Part shown: positions 1 through 12,486 of the stretch, piece by piece | Numbering within the stretch: position 1 is the stretch's first letter | Layout: each line of letters opens with the position of its first letter | NCBI GenBank assembly: GCA_964035545.1 | Contig: OZ037766.1 | Coordinates: 2,480,001-2,544,000, forward strand | Direction of reading: 5' to 3' | Length of the DNA: 64,000 bases | From: Bugula neritina | Lineage: Eukaryota; Animalia; Bryozoa | The notes under the pieces: generated by a model | Database searches by the model: none | What the model saw: only the letters and a program-made list of their open reading frames with translations | Told to the model about the DNA's origin: nothing | Program-made: the position numbers and the translations under genes

Positions 1-147
1 ATTTCTTTATTTTTTATTGACCCATTAACTTTTTGATTTAATTTACAAAAATTATATAAAGCAAATAACTATTTCTTCTTTTTTATGCCACACATTTTTG
101 TTCTGGATTTGAACCAATATATGCAGATAATCTTTATTTTTCTGCAG

Positions 148-3100
148 AGATACTCTGTTTTCTTTCCATGAAGCATCTGAAGACTTTCTACAGAAGATAA
201 TGAGTATTTATATATCTAGTCACTACAAGGTAAGCTTCATTCTGTTTAAATATCAACTACAATGATTCTAACTTTGTAGAAAATAGAATCTGTGTCAATT
301 TCTAATTCTGACCTTTAGAGTGTTATACACAGTTACATTATCTTGCTAACAGGCACCTTGCCAGTAACTATGCTAAGATAGACATCACACTTTAAACATA
401 TATTCCTATTAGGAATGCAGTTTCTAATTTTTTATCCAATTCAAACAGATCCAACATATGATGTTGCAGTTATAACTCCTATTGTTTGATGATACAGAAG
501 CAGGGCTTTTAGCGTTACTGTCTAGCTTTTAAAATGAAACTTGCCTAAACTTTGTTTACTTACAGTTTGCAGCATATCAAGTTTGCTTTTTCTGTTTGCA
601 GTACACACCTGATGATCTGCAGATGCTCTCTGATTCACCGTCTCACCACATATTTGTGTTGTTGGCTTCAGAAATTTCTGAAAAGACTCTACCAGAAGTA
701 TTAGTAGTACTACAAGTTAGTTCTAAATTAAATATATAATGTGAACTTAATGTGTATAATTTATTTGAAACTTTTTGATGGTGAATTTGATTATATTATA
801 AGCATTCATTTTTCTTACAAACTTAAATAGCTAATTAATGCGTATTTGTGAAAAAATTTATTCGTTTCGTTCTGGTTTGGTGGCTTGTTTTTTAAGCTTT
901 ATTTTCACTAAAAATAAGCTTCTAGCTTATAAAATTATAAGCCGAAAATTTTGGTTTAAGGAATTACAAACAAACATAAGAGTTGAAAACATTTTTCAAG
1001 CTACTCAAACTCTACAATACCCCCCTTAAATGTACAGATTTTTACCAACTTGATGATTTGATACTTAAGTTTGATAAAAACGAAATCATCTAAAGTTTAA
1101 GATCAAGTTTAGGTAGTTTCAAAATTATGCTTATAATATTATAAAATGCATGGCTAATATTTTATATATAAAAATCATTTTGTTATTTATCCATTGAGCA
1201 CTTTTGTATAAGTATTTTCTGTGACTCTTTAGATTATAGTTTTGTCTTTATATATACGCATAAACAGCATAATATATAATGATTCTCCATAGAAAACTCT
1301 GTATAATTTACTCTGCATACAATCTTATATTTGTAATTGGTACCAACCAACAGGTATGCTTTGAAGGAGGTTTCTCACAAAAATTGATTGGCTCACACCA
1401 AAGTCAAAGGTCAAGATATGGAGATCTTATCCCATGGACTCTCTTACAGCAATTTGGAGAGCAGGAGTTCTCTCAGATGTCTGGTGTTCGGGTGGTGAGG
1501 GTAGCCACCCACCCTGCTTATCAGCGAGTGAGCTATTTTAATTCGAACAAAACTAATATAACAATAATAGGCCTATTTTTTCAGCGTCATGAAATGCTTC
1601 TATGCAAGTTTTAAACAGTTTAAGCCCCTTAATATTATTGGTTGATGCATTTATATTCAAATTTTTCAAGTATAAAGCTTGCTATTAATTTAATTTATAG
1701 TTTTATTATTTGAAGGTTAGAAGAAATTTAAGCTTTGGCAGACTTTATTCCTTAAACTTTACCATCAGTTTATCGTACTATCAAATCAAGACATTTGCAT
1801 GAATGTGCTTAAACTTTAGTCAACTTTACTTGGTGAAATAGTTTTACATACTCCATTGCATTTGATAAAACTATGCCTAATAGAATAATCAGTAATTGTG
1901 ATTTAGAAATTTTGCCTGTTTTTAAAGAGTTTAACCATGTAAAGAAAGTTGCATGAGAAAGTTTATGCAAAACAAAAATTATGAAAAAATGAAGAAATAA
2001 TAACTTAAAAAGAACTCTATTTTTGAACATGCTATAGGTGAAACCTGTAAAATTTTATTTTTAGAAAGGGTATGGCACAAGGGCTTTACAGCTTCTGCAG
2101 AGTTATTACAGTGGTGACATGGCGGGCCAAGAGGTGACCAATGAAACATCAGCTTTTCCTGTCATCCAATCACAGGTTTGGTAGTGTCTGCCTGCTATCT
2201 AAACTGTTTACTATAGTGTGTATTCTTTAGAATTCCTAATACGTATTGGCATGAATGTGCCACGAACTTCAGATCTGCTCTATGATTACATTATACGGAC
2301 TCTATACATTACAGAAAAAAGCTTCAAGATTTGAGACTATCAATGAATTATTTTATCTGTGTTTTATGCAAAACACACATTATGTTATTTAATGCAGTAA
2401 TGAGACACACTATAGAGGCATCGTAAATAATATAACTTTATCCTGTTTTTACCCTACTACGGATAAAAAAGGATACATCTTTGTAAAAAAATTACATAAA
2501 GTTAGGTAGAAATATGGAAAGAATCTTCACTAAACATTAATTTTTATTTCAGGCTATGAGCTTGTCTCGGAGCAGTACAGAGTTACCTCCCCTTATCTCT
2601 AAACTATCTGAGAGAAAACCAGAGTCTCTAGACTATCTGGGTGTGTCTTATGGGTTGACATCAGATCTTCTGGGATTCTGGAAAAAGTGTGGCTTCCTTC
2701 CCGTTTACTTGAGACAGATGCAGGTAAATTTTGCTATGACATGTTACAAGTGATACATTTTACCTGCGATATTATACTATATCGTAATTATGTTATTTAC
2801 TAAACCTGCAATTTAAAATTTATATGCAATTCCTTATTGCAACCAGAATGTTGTACCATCATATAAAGTTTGAGTATGTGTAACAGAACACACTGACTGG
2901 GGAGAACGCATGCATCATGCTGAAAATATTGAATACAAAGGAGAATGCTTCAAATAGAATAGAAAATATGGCAATAGATGAAGAAAAGGGTCAAAAGTCA
3001 TGTGAAATATCAGATAAAGTAAAGCTGGACACACACTGGCTCAGGGCTTACAGTAAAGGTGAAAGGTTACAACTATCTACATTATGATCAACTATTTGAA

Positions 3101-5255
3101 TTGATCTTCAACAAGTCATTACAGAATGTCATATTATTATATAACAACTAGTAAAAAGTATGTAATAGAATAATTATGTACTAGTTTGTATTTTCAGACT
3201 TCCGGAAGCGATTTATTTCATTGCTGTCTAGCTCATTCAGGAGTTATCACCCTATGCTAGCCTTGGGTCTTCTGGAAGAGCAAAATATCCTGCACCCTGA
3301 TAACAATAATAGCAATAGTAAGTACTGTATATAATATTAGTAACAATAGGAAGTATAGTGTATATAATATATACATTTACTAGTAACAATAGAAAGTAAT
3401 GTATAGATATTGATACTAGTAATAGTTGTGCATAAACATATTTGAAGCTTGGGCAACACTCTAAAACCAAATGTAAATCCATTTAAATTAGCAAAAAGAC
3501 ATAGCTATGCTGCTTGACTCAGCAATATTAATAGCATTAATGAGTCAACTTAAGAATATTTGATCACATAGCTTTTAGACATGAGCAGGTTAGCTGGAAG
3601 CTTCGTGCTTATTGAGTTATTTTACATTAAAAAGCATAAAACATGTTTACTAATATCATTGTAACAATGTACAATCATTGTAACCATCACCGAAAGTCTT
3701 GCTCTAAAAATTTCCCCTCCCCCCCCTCCCCCACACACACAGATTAATACTAGAGAGCATTAAATTTTCCAAACCAAAGTTTTATAAAGATAATTGGAAG
3801 ACTTTAGGTTATTGAATTTTTTTATTACTGCAGCTAAATTTCAGCTTTAAATTTAGTTAGAAGCCATTCATCTCACTGCATGATGTTACTGACTGTTTTG
3901 TCACACTATAATGCATAAACAATACTCTATGTCTTCAGCATGTTATCTGGATGCCAATCCCTAGTTTCTAATTCTACTGCATCGGCTGTTTATAGGACTC
4001 TCAGAAACTGAGATTTCTTTCTACTTTTCTGCAACTAATATGAAAGTTCTAGAAGCCTTCTGTAATAACTCAGTCAAGCAACACCATGTTATGGAGTTAC
4101 TTCCCCATATAGCAAAAATTTACTTTATGGAAAAAATGCCAGATGTTGAGCTTAGCATAATGGAACAGGTAAAATGTTTATTAACTTGTGGGTATTATTC
4201 TAAAATTGTGTGTTATCATAGCACAAAGTATTTTAAGGTTGTGTGCATGCTATTAATGAAGTTTGTAACACCTTTAGACTCAGAGCCTTGGTTATTTCAG
4301 TTCTGTAATCTGGTCAGTTAGAATATTATAATACTCTTTAGACCACAGTCTTTCCAGCTTAGTTAATGGGTGAAACTGTGATTAAGTGTTTATTGAAACT
4401 ACTTTTACTAAATAGTTAAAACTTGTTATTTTGTATTTGGAATCATAAACTTTAGAAATTATAGCAATTATATTTTACCATCTTATTTCAATATTTTTAG
4501 GAAGTGCTACTAGGCTTAGGGCTACAATGTAAGCAACTCACAGATATGGAACAAGAGCTTGATATGACTGCAGACGAACTTGTGAAGCTAATCAAAAAAG
4601 TTCTTAAACCATGCTTTCTGGTACTTTATAAAACTTATTCTTAATTTAAAAAAATAGTTTTATTGGTTTTCACTTGTTCGTGAACTATATTAAGCTACTG
4701 TTATAGTCTTTTCGCATTTCTAATTGATAAAAACCATCACCCATAAATGTAACATTACAGTGCCTAAAATATTTCAAAGTAAAAAAAAACATCTTAAAGA
4801 ATTTAGTAAAGAATTTTTATAATGAACTAATTTTTATATTTTCAGTCACTCAACAAAGTTTTGAACCAATCAGTAAATCAAGACTTACACCAGCAGCAAG
4901 ACCTTATTTCAGAGTCAGCTGATCAGACTGGTGACCAGAAGTTGGTAAGTATTCTGTTTTTAGTCACTGTCAATAATCGTCGTTGGTAAAAGTAAGAAAA
5001 GTAGAGGCTACTGTTACTAATTAACTGTTTGTTGCACAACACAGTATAAACAAATAGCAGCTTGATTCCACTCAGCTATTAGTGTTAGCATATGCTTATT
5101 TTATGTGCTTATAAATTCTTGTTAACCGCAGCAGAAAACTATTTGCTGTTGCCTTTCTCAAAGCATCCTAAGTATATTGTATTCTTCAACAGAGTAAAAA
5201 GAGAGCCACACAAGTGCAGCCTATGAATAAAGCTAAAAAGCAGTGCAGGGTTTAA
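148..5255 (+). CDS. NAT10: NAT10/Kre33-like RNA cytidine acetyltransferase, divergent paralog (3' half; 5' part lies upstream of the window). Exons ~148-229, 602-715, 1354-1527, 2065-2175, 2553-2723, 2887-3058, 3198-3317, 3996-4168, 4501-4620, 4846-4944, 5193-5255
   Basis: Spliced translation gives RDTLFSFH..SSHYK, GDLIPW, RVATHPAYQRKGYGTRALQLLQSYY (GNAT acetyl-CoA motif), LDYLGVSYGLT..FWKKCGFLPVYLRQ, DFRKRFISLLS and LLGLGLQCK. All junctions are GT-AG and phase-compatible, with no internal stops. The last exon is less certain. Confidence 0.9.
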
Positions 5256-6108
5256 CAACTAGAAGAATAAACAGAAAATTCAGCAAACAATTTTCTGAAT
5301 GACAATGCAAGGTTAGAGCTTTTTAAACAGCTATTCCATTAGTTTTCTTTTCAAGCTGGCTTATAACAAAGTAATTCTAGTTATCAATATACATATTTTG
5401 TTGTTGCAAAGTTTTGAAACCAGGAGTTAAATGATAGTCAGCAATTTCAGGAGTTGTTTGCACCTAGGGCACTGAAAGATGCTTGTATGTGAGTGTAGAC
5501 AATTACAAATGTTAAGAAACATATAATTGATATTTAATTGCTATGTTGTACACATAATTTATATTTTTCTAATTTTTCTGTTTGCATGCACATTTGAAAC
5601 ATTTCTGTATGTTGGGTGAATATTAAAAAAATCACAATACATATGCACAGACATTAAATGTCGGTGCATGCTATCACAGTTGGAAAGTTCTTGAATTTTG
5701 AATATACTAATAAAACTTACTACTAAAAATAAAGTTGATAAAAAACCAACAATATTTGTTAAATCTGTTTGGAAAAGAAATTATTAATAGCTTTTAATTT
5801 TGTTACAGGAAAAGTGACGCAATAAAAAATCTAAAAAAATTTGACTTTGAGAGTAGATGCAGCTAATAAGAAGCAGAAGAAAGGCAAATTGTAGTTGACA
5901 CACAATGTTGGGAATATTTGTCTTTTTAATTTTTTAATAATGGGTAAAGATTGTAACAATAAATTTGTATATTTCTAATATTTGTGTTTTTATTCTTTTA
6001 AGTTTAGAAATAAAGTTATGAAAAATTTGTTGCTGTGCAACTATTAGTTTAAACAATAAAAACATATCAAAATTTAGATCACTTTGATCTCTGTACAGTA
6101 CGCACAGT

Positions 6109-6173
6109 AAGCTCTGTTCCTAGTGTGCTACCCGCACACGATCTGTGCGGGTAGCACACTGGGGACAGAGCTT
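6109..6173. repeat. 65-nt near-perfect hairpin (30-bp arms, 5-nt loop)
   Basis: aagctctgttcctagtgtgctacccgcaca-cgatc-tgtgcgggtagcacactggggacagagctt; the two mismatches are G-U compatible on the + strand. Confidence 0.9.
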
Positions 6174-6607
6174 TGTTAAAACCTGTCTGCACTAGGTTGC
6201 TTTGCAATTGCACAGGTAGTGAACAAATAAATTTAATGACTATATTTAATAGTGCTCAGTAATCTTCTGCATTTATCAGCACATTAAAATATTCAATAAT
6301 TAAAGTTGAATAATTTGATGAAATGCATTAACTGAAAGCTTTATATAAAATTACTTTAAAAGTTTTACTGCATTTTATTTAATATATTATTTTACAAAAA
6401 TGTTTAGAGATTAATGCAGATAAGGATTTATTAATATTTCACCACTAATATACAAGTACAAAAATGAATAAGTTCTTGTTTAATACCAGCATCATGGAAA
6501 CTTTGAAAAAACTGAAAATTAAAGAAAACATAAAATTATTAATAAGGGGAATAGGCGGAAAGCAAGTCAAAGTTTGATTTCCATGTTTATGAAATTGGTC
6601 ACTCAAT

Positions 6608-7426
6608 TTAATTTACACTTTTCGACCTAGAGGCAGGTAAAAATTTGTGAGCGCATTTCCTCCAGGCTAATGCTGCTAATGATGGGTTATGCAGAGTTTT
6701 CTGAAGTTCTATATCAACTTGTGAGATGTATGTATAACGAAAGATGTATGTACTTTTAAGAAAACCGTCTAACTTGTCCTTTTCTCTCAGATTTGAAGGA
6801 TGGTCTGACTTGTGAAGGAAATCTACAAAGTGATCTCTCCAGCTAGTAGTTAAGTATGAGTCTTTGTATTCAGTAGCTAGTGACACTTCGGATATCATTT
6901 TCATTCTTGTGTTTTTTATGTCATTGTAGCATTTCTCTATGTATTCAGCCTGTTTTTCCCCTTGCTCTATTAACTTTGACCAAAAGCAAGAATCCTCAGG
7001 TCTTGAAGCTTCAGGATCCTTTACTACCAGTTCTTGTAGCAACAAGATGTATAAAGACCCGACTATGACAAACAGACTAACTACACTGTATTTATAAGGA
7101 ACAGCACGCAGGGCTTCTATAACTGGTTCTACTTTCTCAGAAATGCCTTTTAACAAAAAGTTATGAACTGCCTTTTGATCCTCACAATCAGACCAAAGAG
7201 GTATGTATTCATCTCGGATCCAACCAACCATCTTGCGTATTGCTTTATTCAACTCGCCCTGTTGCTCTTCTGTTATATCTTCTCTCATGAGTTTTCCTAT
7301 CTGCTCATTGTCAGGAAGGAAATAATCATTTAAATCATTATCAAAAGCAATACCACCAGTATTGTCTATTCCTTCCTTGTTCAATATAGCCATAGTTAAC
7401 TCACTTGCAATATGGGAAACAGCCAT
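6608..7426 (-). CDS. X1: 272 aa helical protein with intronless CDS, putative delta-endotoxin N-terminal (Cry domain I)-like protein
   Basis: Long ORF in an AT-rich background, with in-frame stops upstream of the ATG and a 5'UTR acceptor (ttttcag) at ~7470. Clear paralogy with 9599-10396. The segment SLFVIVGSLYILLLQELVVKDP resembles Cry helix 5 (conserved block 1). The family call is from memory only. Confidence 0.75.
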   Translation of the reverse strand: MAVSHIASELTMAILNKEGIDNTGGIAFDNDLNDYFLPDNEQIGKLMREDITEEQQGELNKAIRKMVGWIRDEYIPLWSDCEDQKAVHNFLLKGISEKVEPVIEALRAVPYKYSVVSLFVIVGSLYILLLQELVVKDPEASRPEDSCFWSKLIEQGEKQAEYIEKCYNDIKNTRMKMISEVSLATEYKDSYLTTSWRDHFVDFLHKSDHPSNLREKDKLDGFLKSTYIFRYTYISQVDIELQKTLHNPSLAALAWRKCAHKFLPASRSKSVN

Positions 7427-9249
7427 GTCGCTTTTTTTTTCTTGATAAAGGAGATTCTACTAGTTTTATCTGAAAATAAATTAAATAAAATTTTAATATA
7501 GTTTCAATGGGTGAAAATAACAGGGTTCCGTTTACAATTTGCCATGCAAGGTAAACAGAATAATAATTATCTACATAAATATAAGTATTTGAGAAACTTA
7601 ATCACAGCTATTAGATATAAACACCTAAGTTGGGCAATTAAAATATTAGCCTAGAGGAAACAAAGAATTCAACACTTGGCCTTTTACCAACAAAATTTTT
7701 TTGAAAAAGCACAACCATGATGTAAAAATAAGAAAATAAGCAGATCTAACCTGACTATCCTCATCTCAGCTAATGGTAAATAATGTAAATTTGCTTACTT
7801 TTTCAACTGTACCAACTTTGGCTTTTAGATCGGTCCAACAAGAAAGCCAGGCTTTTAAGCTTTTATCCAACTAGAATACTCAAATTATTTATTTATAGCA
7901 TTCTACGTATCTATAGCAATTAGCAAACATATGAAGCTAAAATGTCTTTCAACAATTTAAAAAATCAGTTTTTCTTCAGATGTTACTGCAATAACTCTAA
8001 CCAAACCAAAAACTGAAGCAAATTAAAGAATGCTCAACAAACATTATTTTAAATCCAATATCTAAAAGTGCATACTTTTATCAAACAGCAGTCTATCTCA
8101 AGTACACAACAATTTTATACTAACATTTCATTGCTTTATTTGTAAAAACTGCATAACAGTTTTTTGTATCCTTAAGTTCATTTTGTTGTTTCAAAGTAAA
8201 AAAGCAAATCTGTTTTCGTAACTGAAAAAACAAGTAATTGTGACAAGGCTTTAAATGTGTGCAATGGCATTGCAGTTATTTGAGGCTTATAGGCCATAAG
8301 TGGTCCACAGCTGGCAACAGCTTTATTACATGAATTTAATTTAATCAATGTTAAAGTTTTACCTTTATTTATCAATTCAGATTTAGAACAATTTACTTTA
8401 TTTAGTACACATCTGCAAGCTAAGGCAACCTAATTTTTCAAAGTCATATAGTCTTGTCAAGATCTAACCTAACTTTTCATGAACAGACAAGTCTGGTGTA
8501 AATTAACTTTGGTAGAAATAGATTTAGTCCTTTTACAATTACTTATCTGGTTTGAAAATAGCTTATAAATAGATTTTACTAATTTTTATATAGCTCAGTT
8601 TTAAAAGCATTTTTCCTCATACTGGGCAGCTATTTGTATGTAGAAATATTCCGGAGCACAAGTATAGGCTACAGCCTACAACTTACATACACAAGTACAT
8701 AATGTACCCAATTGCTAAAGATACTCTTGAAATTATTCACTAAAAGTACAACAGCTTTTTTCTCGAAGTGGAGAAATTATGAAAATGCTAAACATGGTGA
8801 TGGCATTATAGTCATATAGGTCTGCATTTCCTAGATTATGTATTTGTAACTGATTATAAAAAGTTAGGAAACATAATTGTGTTTTGCAATTGCTTAGTTT
8901 CTGCTTAGTAAATAAGACAGTGAATAAAACTTTTTTTTGTATTTCCCAGGGTTTTATGAATAAAAATATGACTGTATGCATATATTTGAGCCAAAAGTAA
9001 ATTTCAAAACTTTGTTTTTGATATATTATTTTATTGCCTTCTAGGGTGATAGCACAACCACGCATCTAAAGAAGCTTAAAATGCTAATAATCTTGTATAG
9101 CTGATTCACATATGTTGAAAGCCAAACAGCTGTACTAGCAAAAAAGCTACTTTTATTTTTGCTATATAATTCTTCGAATTTTTTTAAAATTCTGTCGACT
9201 AAATTGGTTTTTAAAAACTTATTTAAATAAAGAGATTGTAGATTGCAGG

Positions 9250-10396
9250 ATGGCAGGTGAGAAAGGTTTTAGTGAATTAGTAGTCTTTGAATTTAAAATG
9301 TATTGATATGAATGTTACAATTAAGCTATGTGAACTCATATAATTTTCTTATATTAATTATGGAATATATATACACAATATAGTATGAGTAGATTATAGA
9401 AAAAAATTCAATTTTCAATTTATTATAGTTCTTAAATTAAAATTAGTTTCATTTGATTAATTTCTGAAAAAATGTTGATGTTAAAACAGGCGGTTAGACA
9501 TCTGTGTTTTAAATTTCTTTTGTTCTATTTTGCACTAGCTAGCACTCCTTGGTCATTGGTGGTTGTTTATTTTAGGTCTGGACTATTTTGATATAAGTAT
9601 GATCCCGAGTGATGCAAGAACCCCATCGGAAAAACTGACTTCTAATCTAATAATGACTGTACTACGCAATGAAGGGTTAGGTAATGTTGGATTTATAACT
9701 GATGATCAAATTATTGACTACTTTTCTGGCAAAAGTCAAGAAATAGGCAAAATTCTAGACAAACCATTAACACAAGTGCAGAGAGACATCTGGAACTCCA
9801 AGATTCAAGAAATAATGAGCTGGATTAAGAGCATTAAATGCATCTCTGAGGACACAGGGGAAACAGTTGAGTTCCTCATTGCAGGTTTTCTTACAATGAC
9901 AGAACCATTTTTAGAAGAATTAGAACAGCATGATTGCTCTTACAGTGCGGCTGATTTGTATTCATTTGTCAGCTACATAAGTGTGTTATTTCTGCAAGAG
10001 CTAAAGCACCAGGAGGTAGAGCATATTGCAGACAAGTTCTTCAAGATGCGCTTAAAAGAATCTGCAAAGAAGCACGCTGAACACATGGAAAGGTGTTATC
10101 AAGCAATAAAAACAACTAGATTTGATATGATAACGGAGATATCTATAGATATAGATGAAAGCAAGAACGAGGAAGAGATTTTCAGCATTAGCTGGCAAGA
10201 CAACTTCGCTTTCGAGAAGGAATGTTACAGTGTAAAAAAGTTTTCAAGTAGCATTGAACTAGAAACTACTGTGCATAGCGCCCATGAAATGCGATATAAG
10301 TACATTGCCCATATGGATCGCGATCTTAGCACGTCCTTAGGTCACCCAATTTTAGTGGTTATGCTGTGGAATAAATATGCTGCCAAGCAATTTTAA
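9250..10396 (+). CDS. X2: paralog of X1 (~275 aa); probable mini-exon 9250-9256 (ATG GCA G) spliced to 9576-10396; alternative start at ATG 9599
   Basis: Colinear similarity to X1: EGIDNTG/EGLGNVG, DYF, IGK, WI, LLQEL/FLQEL, EKCYNDIKNTRMKMISE/ERCYQAIKTTRFDMITE, SWRDHF/SWQDNF, RYTYI/RYKYI. Donor cag|gtgag at 9257 is in phase with acceptor ttttag|gt at 9575. Confidence 0.75.
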
Positions 10397-11609
10397 AAAA
10401 TTTAAAATTTTATTTGAAAAATACTTTTAGCTTTTGTGTTTTTTTTTTGTATTTTAGTGCAATAAACTTCCATGCTCTCTCATTAGTAGAAGACAATATT
10501 GAAACTAAAACTCTTTAACCAGACAAATAAGTTATATATGCTCCATACATAAAATTTGCTCCACATTTATAAATATGTAAAAACAATATCAAAATTATTT
10601 TAGTTCTGATATCATAGACAGTAATTACAATATATACACAGTACACACACCAAAGCAATAATCACATAAATATTACCCATAAAGAAGTTTCATAAACTCT
10701 GCAGAAAGTTAGAGAATTATTTTCACTATCTATTTTTAGTAATAAGATTGACTTTAGGCACAAAGCTAATTTTTAGTTGAAGTAAACGATATGAGCAAAT
10801 GTTAAGATATCCAATCCCATACCTCTATAGTCTATGGCCTATGCAGATGATATATACTAATCTCTTTATTATAAAATTAAGGAGCTTGAATAATTGTACA
10901 ATTCTCAAGATCAAAAAAAAATATTTTCAATAATCTTATATTAAAGCAACCATAAATGTTAGAAGCAAAGTACATTGAGCTAAACATCCTCTGACTAGAA
11001 TTTATTTACAAACAAATGTAACTTGATAAATAATCTTTATCTGAATAGATACTGTTAAATATTTCCCGATCTCTACTGGATTCCTACTAGATTCTTCTTA
11101 GTTTGCAAAATATTCTATAATTATCCGTAATAGTTTTATTCATAAACTCAATCAACGTTGAATGAAAAATTTTTACTAAGGTTATTAAAAAGTCTAAAAA
11201 AATATATGCATATTAATGTATCAAAAAATGATGACCGTTAAATTTCTGAGAATATACATTGACCCATACTGGAATATTCATATACATAACTTGATACTAA
11301 GAATATGGCTACTATCTGGCCTATTATATAAATGTTTTAACTTTTATTTTTAATAACATTTATAATACATATATTTATATCAGATGTAATTATATTATAT
11401 TAAGTGCAACAGAAAATATTTTAATATGATAGGTGTTAGGTTATTGAAGCCAAGGAAAGATAACTTCTGATAATAGGCAATTCCAAAACTTATATTCAAA
11501 TGAAAAACATAGTCAGATCAATTTAAGGCTAATATTTGTTGAGGGCAAGGGTAAGATAATTTGAATGTTGCTACTTGCTAAACTTTAAAAATGAGCCATA
11601 CCAAAGTAT

Positions 11610-12276
11610 TGTAATGGCCGGCGGAAGTATACCCCTCGGTGTCCCCTGGTAAACATAACTCAATCGTTTATGGTCATGCCGCCTCTGCTCCTAGTCATGC
11701 CATCTCTACATGTGGCGACACCGTCAATTGATACGAACAATAAAACGGAGATATACGTCGACCAATCAGAGTCAAGTGCTCACTTATAAGCAACCCCCTT
11801 CCAGCGCCCAGTCAGTAGTGGACAGTACTAGCAGCTAGCAGGATAACCCATGTAATCACTTTGACTCTTTTATATTCTTTTTCTCAACTAATGTATACTA
11901 CTTTTATTGGTGTATCGTTTATTCAAATATAATTATATCGTTCTATGATCAACTGGTTCGGTTCCTCGCATAACCTCACAGTGTGATGCAGTAGTCAGTA
12001 ACACACAACAATACCCACAATCTAGTAGTGCACAAAACTACAACAGTGGTGGGTGGCAGCGGTGGGATAATTGTGTGTAGTGCAACTGCTATCTGGACAG
12101 TAATAAGGATGACAATGGCGGAAACCAATAGAGGAGTTCCCGCCATAGCGGAAGAACCTGCGCAGCCTTTACAGCAAGGAGACAATGAGCCTGTTATCAA
12201 TATTGTTCTTACATATCCCGTGCCGGGAGACAAGGAGGCTCACAGGAAGTTACGCAATAGCTTATGTCAAAAATAA
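11610..12276 (+). mobile_element. Truncated LTR retrotransposon 5' end: LTR ~11610-12045, PBS 12052-12068, start of gag-like ORF 12115-12276
   Basis: GC-richer island bounded by TGT...ACA, with CCAAT (11762) and TATAA (~11785) motifs. GGTGGCAGCGGTGGGAT is complementary to the 3' end of tRNA-Leu (..ATCCCACCGCTGCCACCA). A short ORF MAETNRGVP.. follows. Confidence 0.7.
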
Positions 12277-12486
12277 GATTTATTGTCAGGGGTGATAATC
12301 TGTTTAAAAATGTATAAAGCAGTGAGTCCATTATAATAAGAGAAAAGCTATAGTTACTATAATCATCATTATATTTGTAGCCTAAATACAAATACTAATT
12401 AAAATGTAGTAATTGTAAAGTAATATTCTCAGACAGATACTCATACTGAAGGACATAAGAGAGCACAGGCTATATGTTGAACACAC

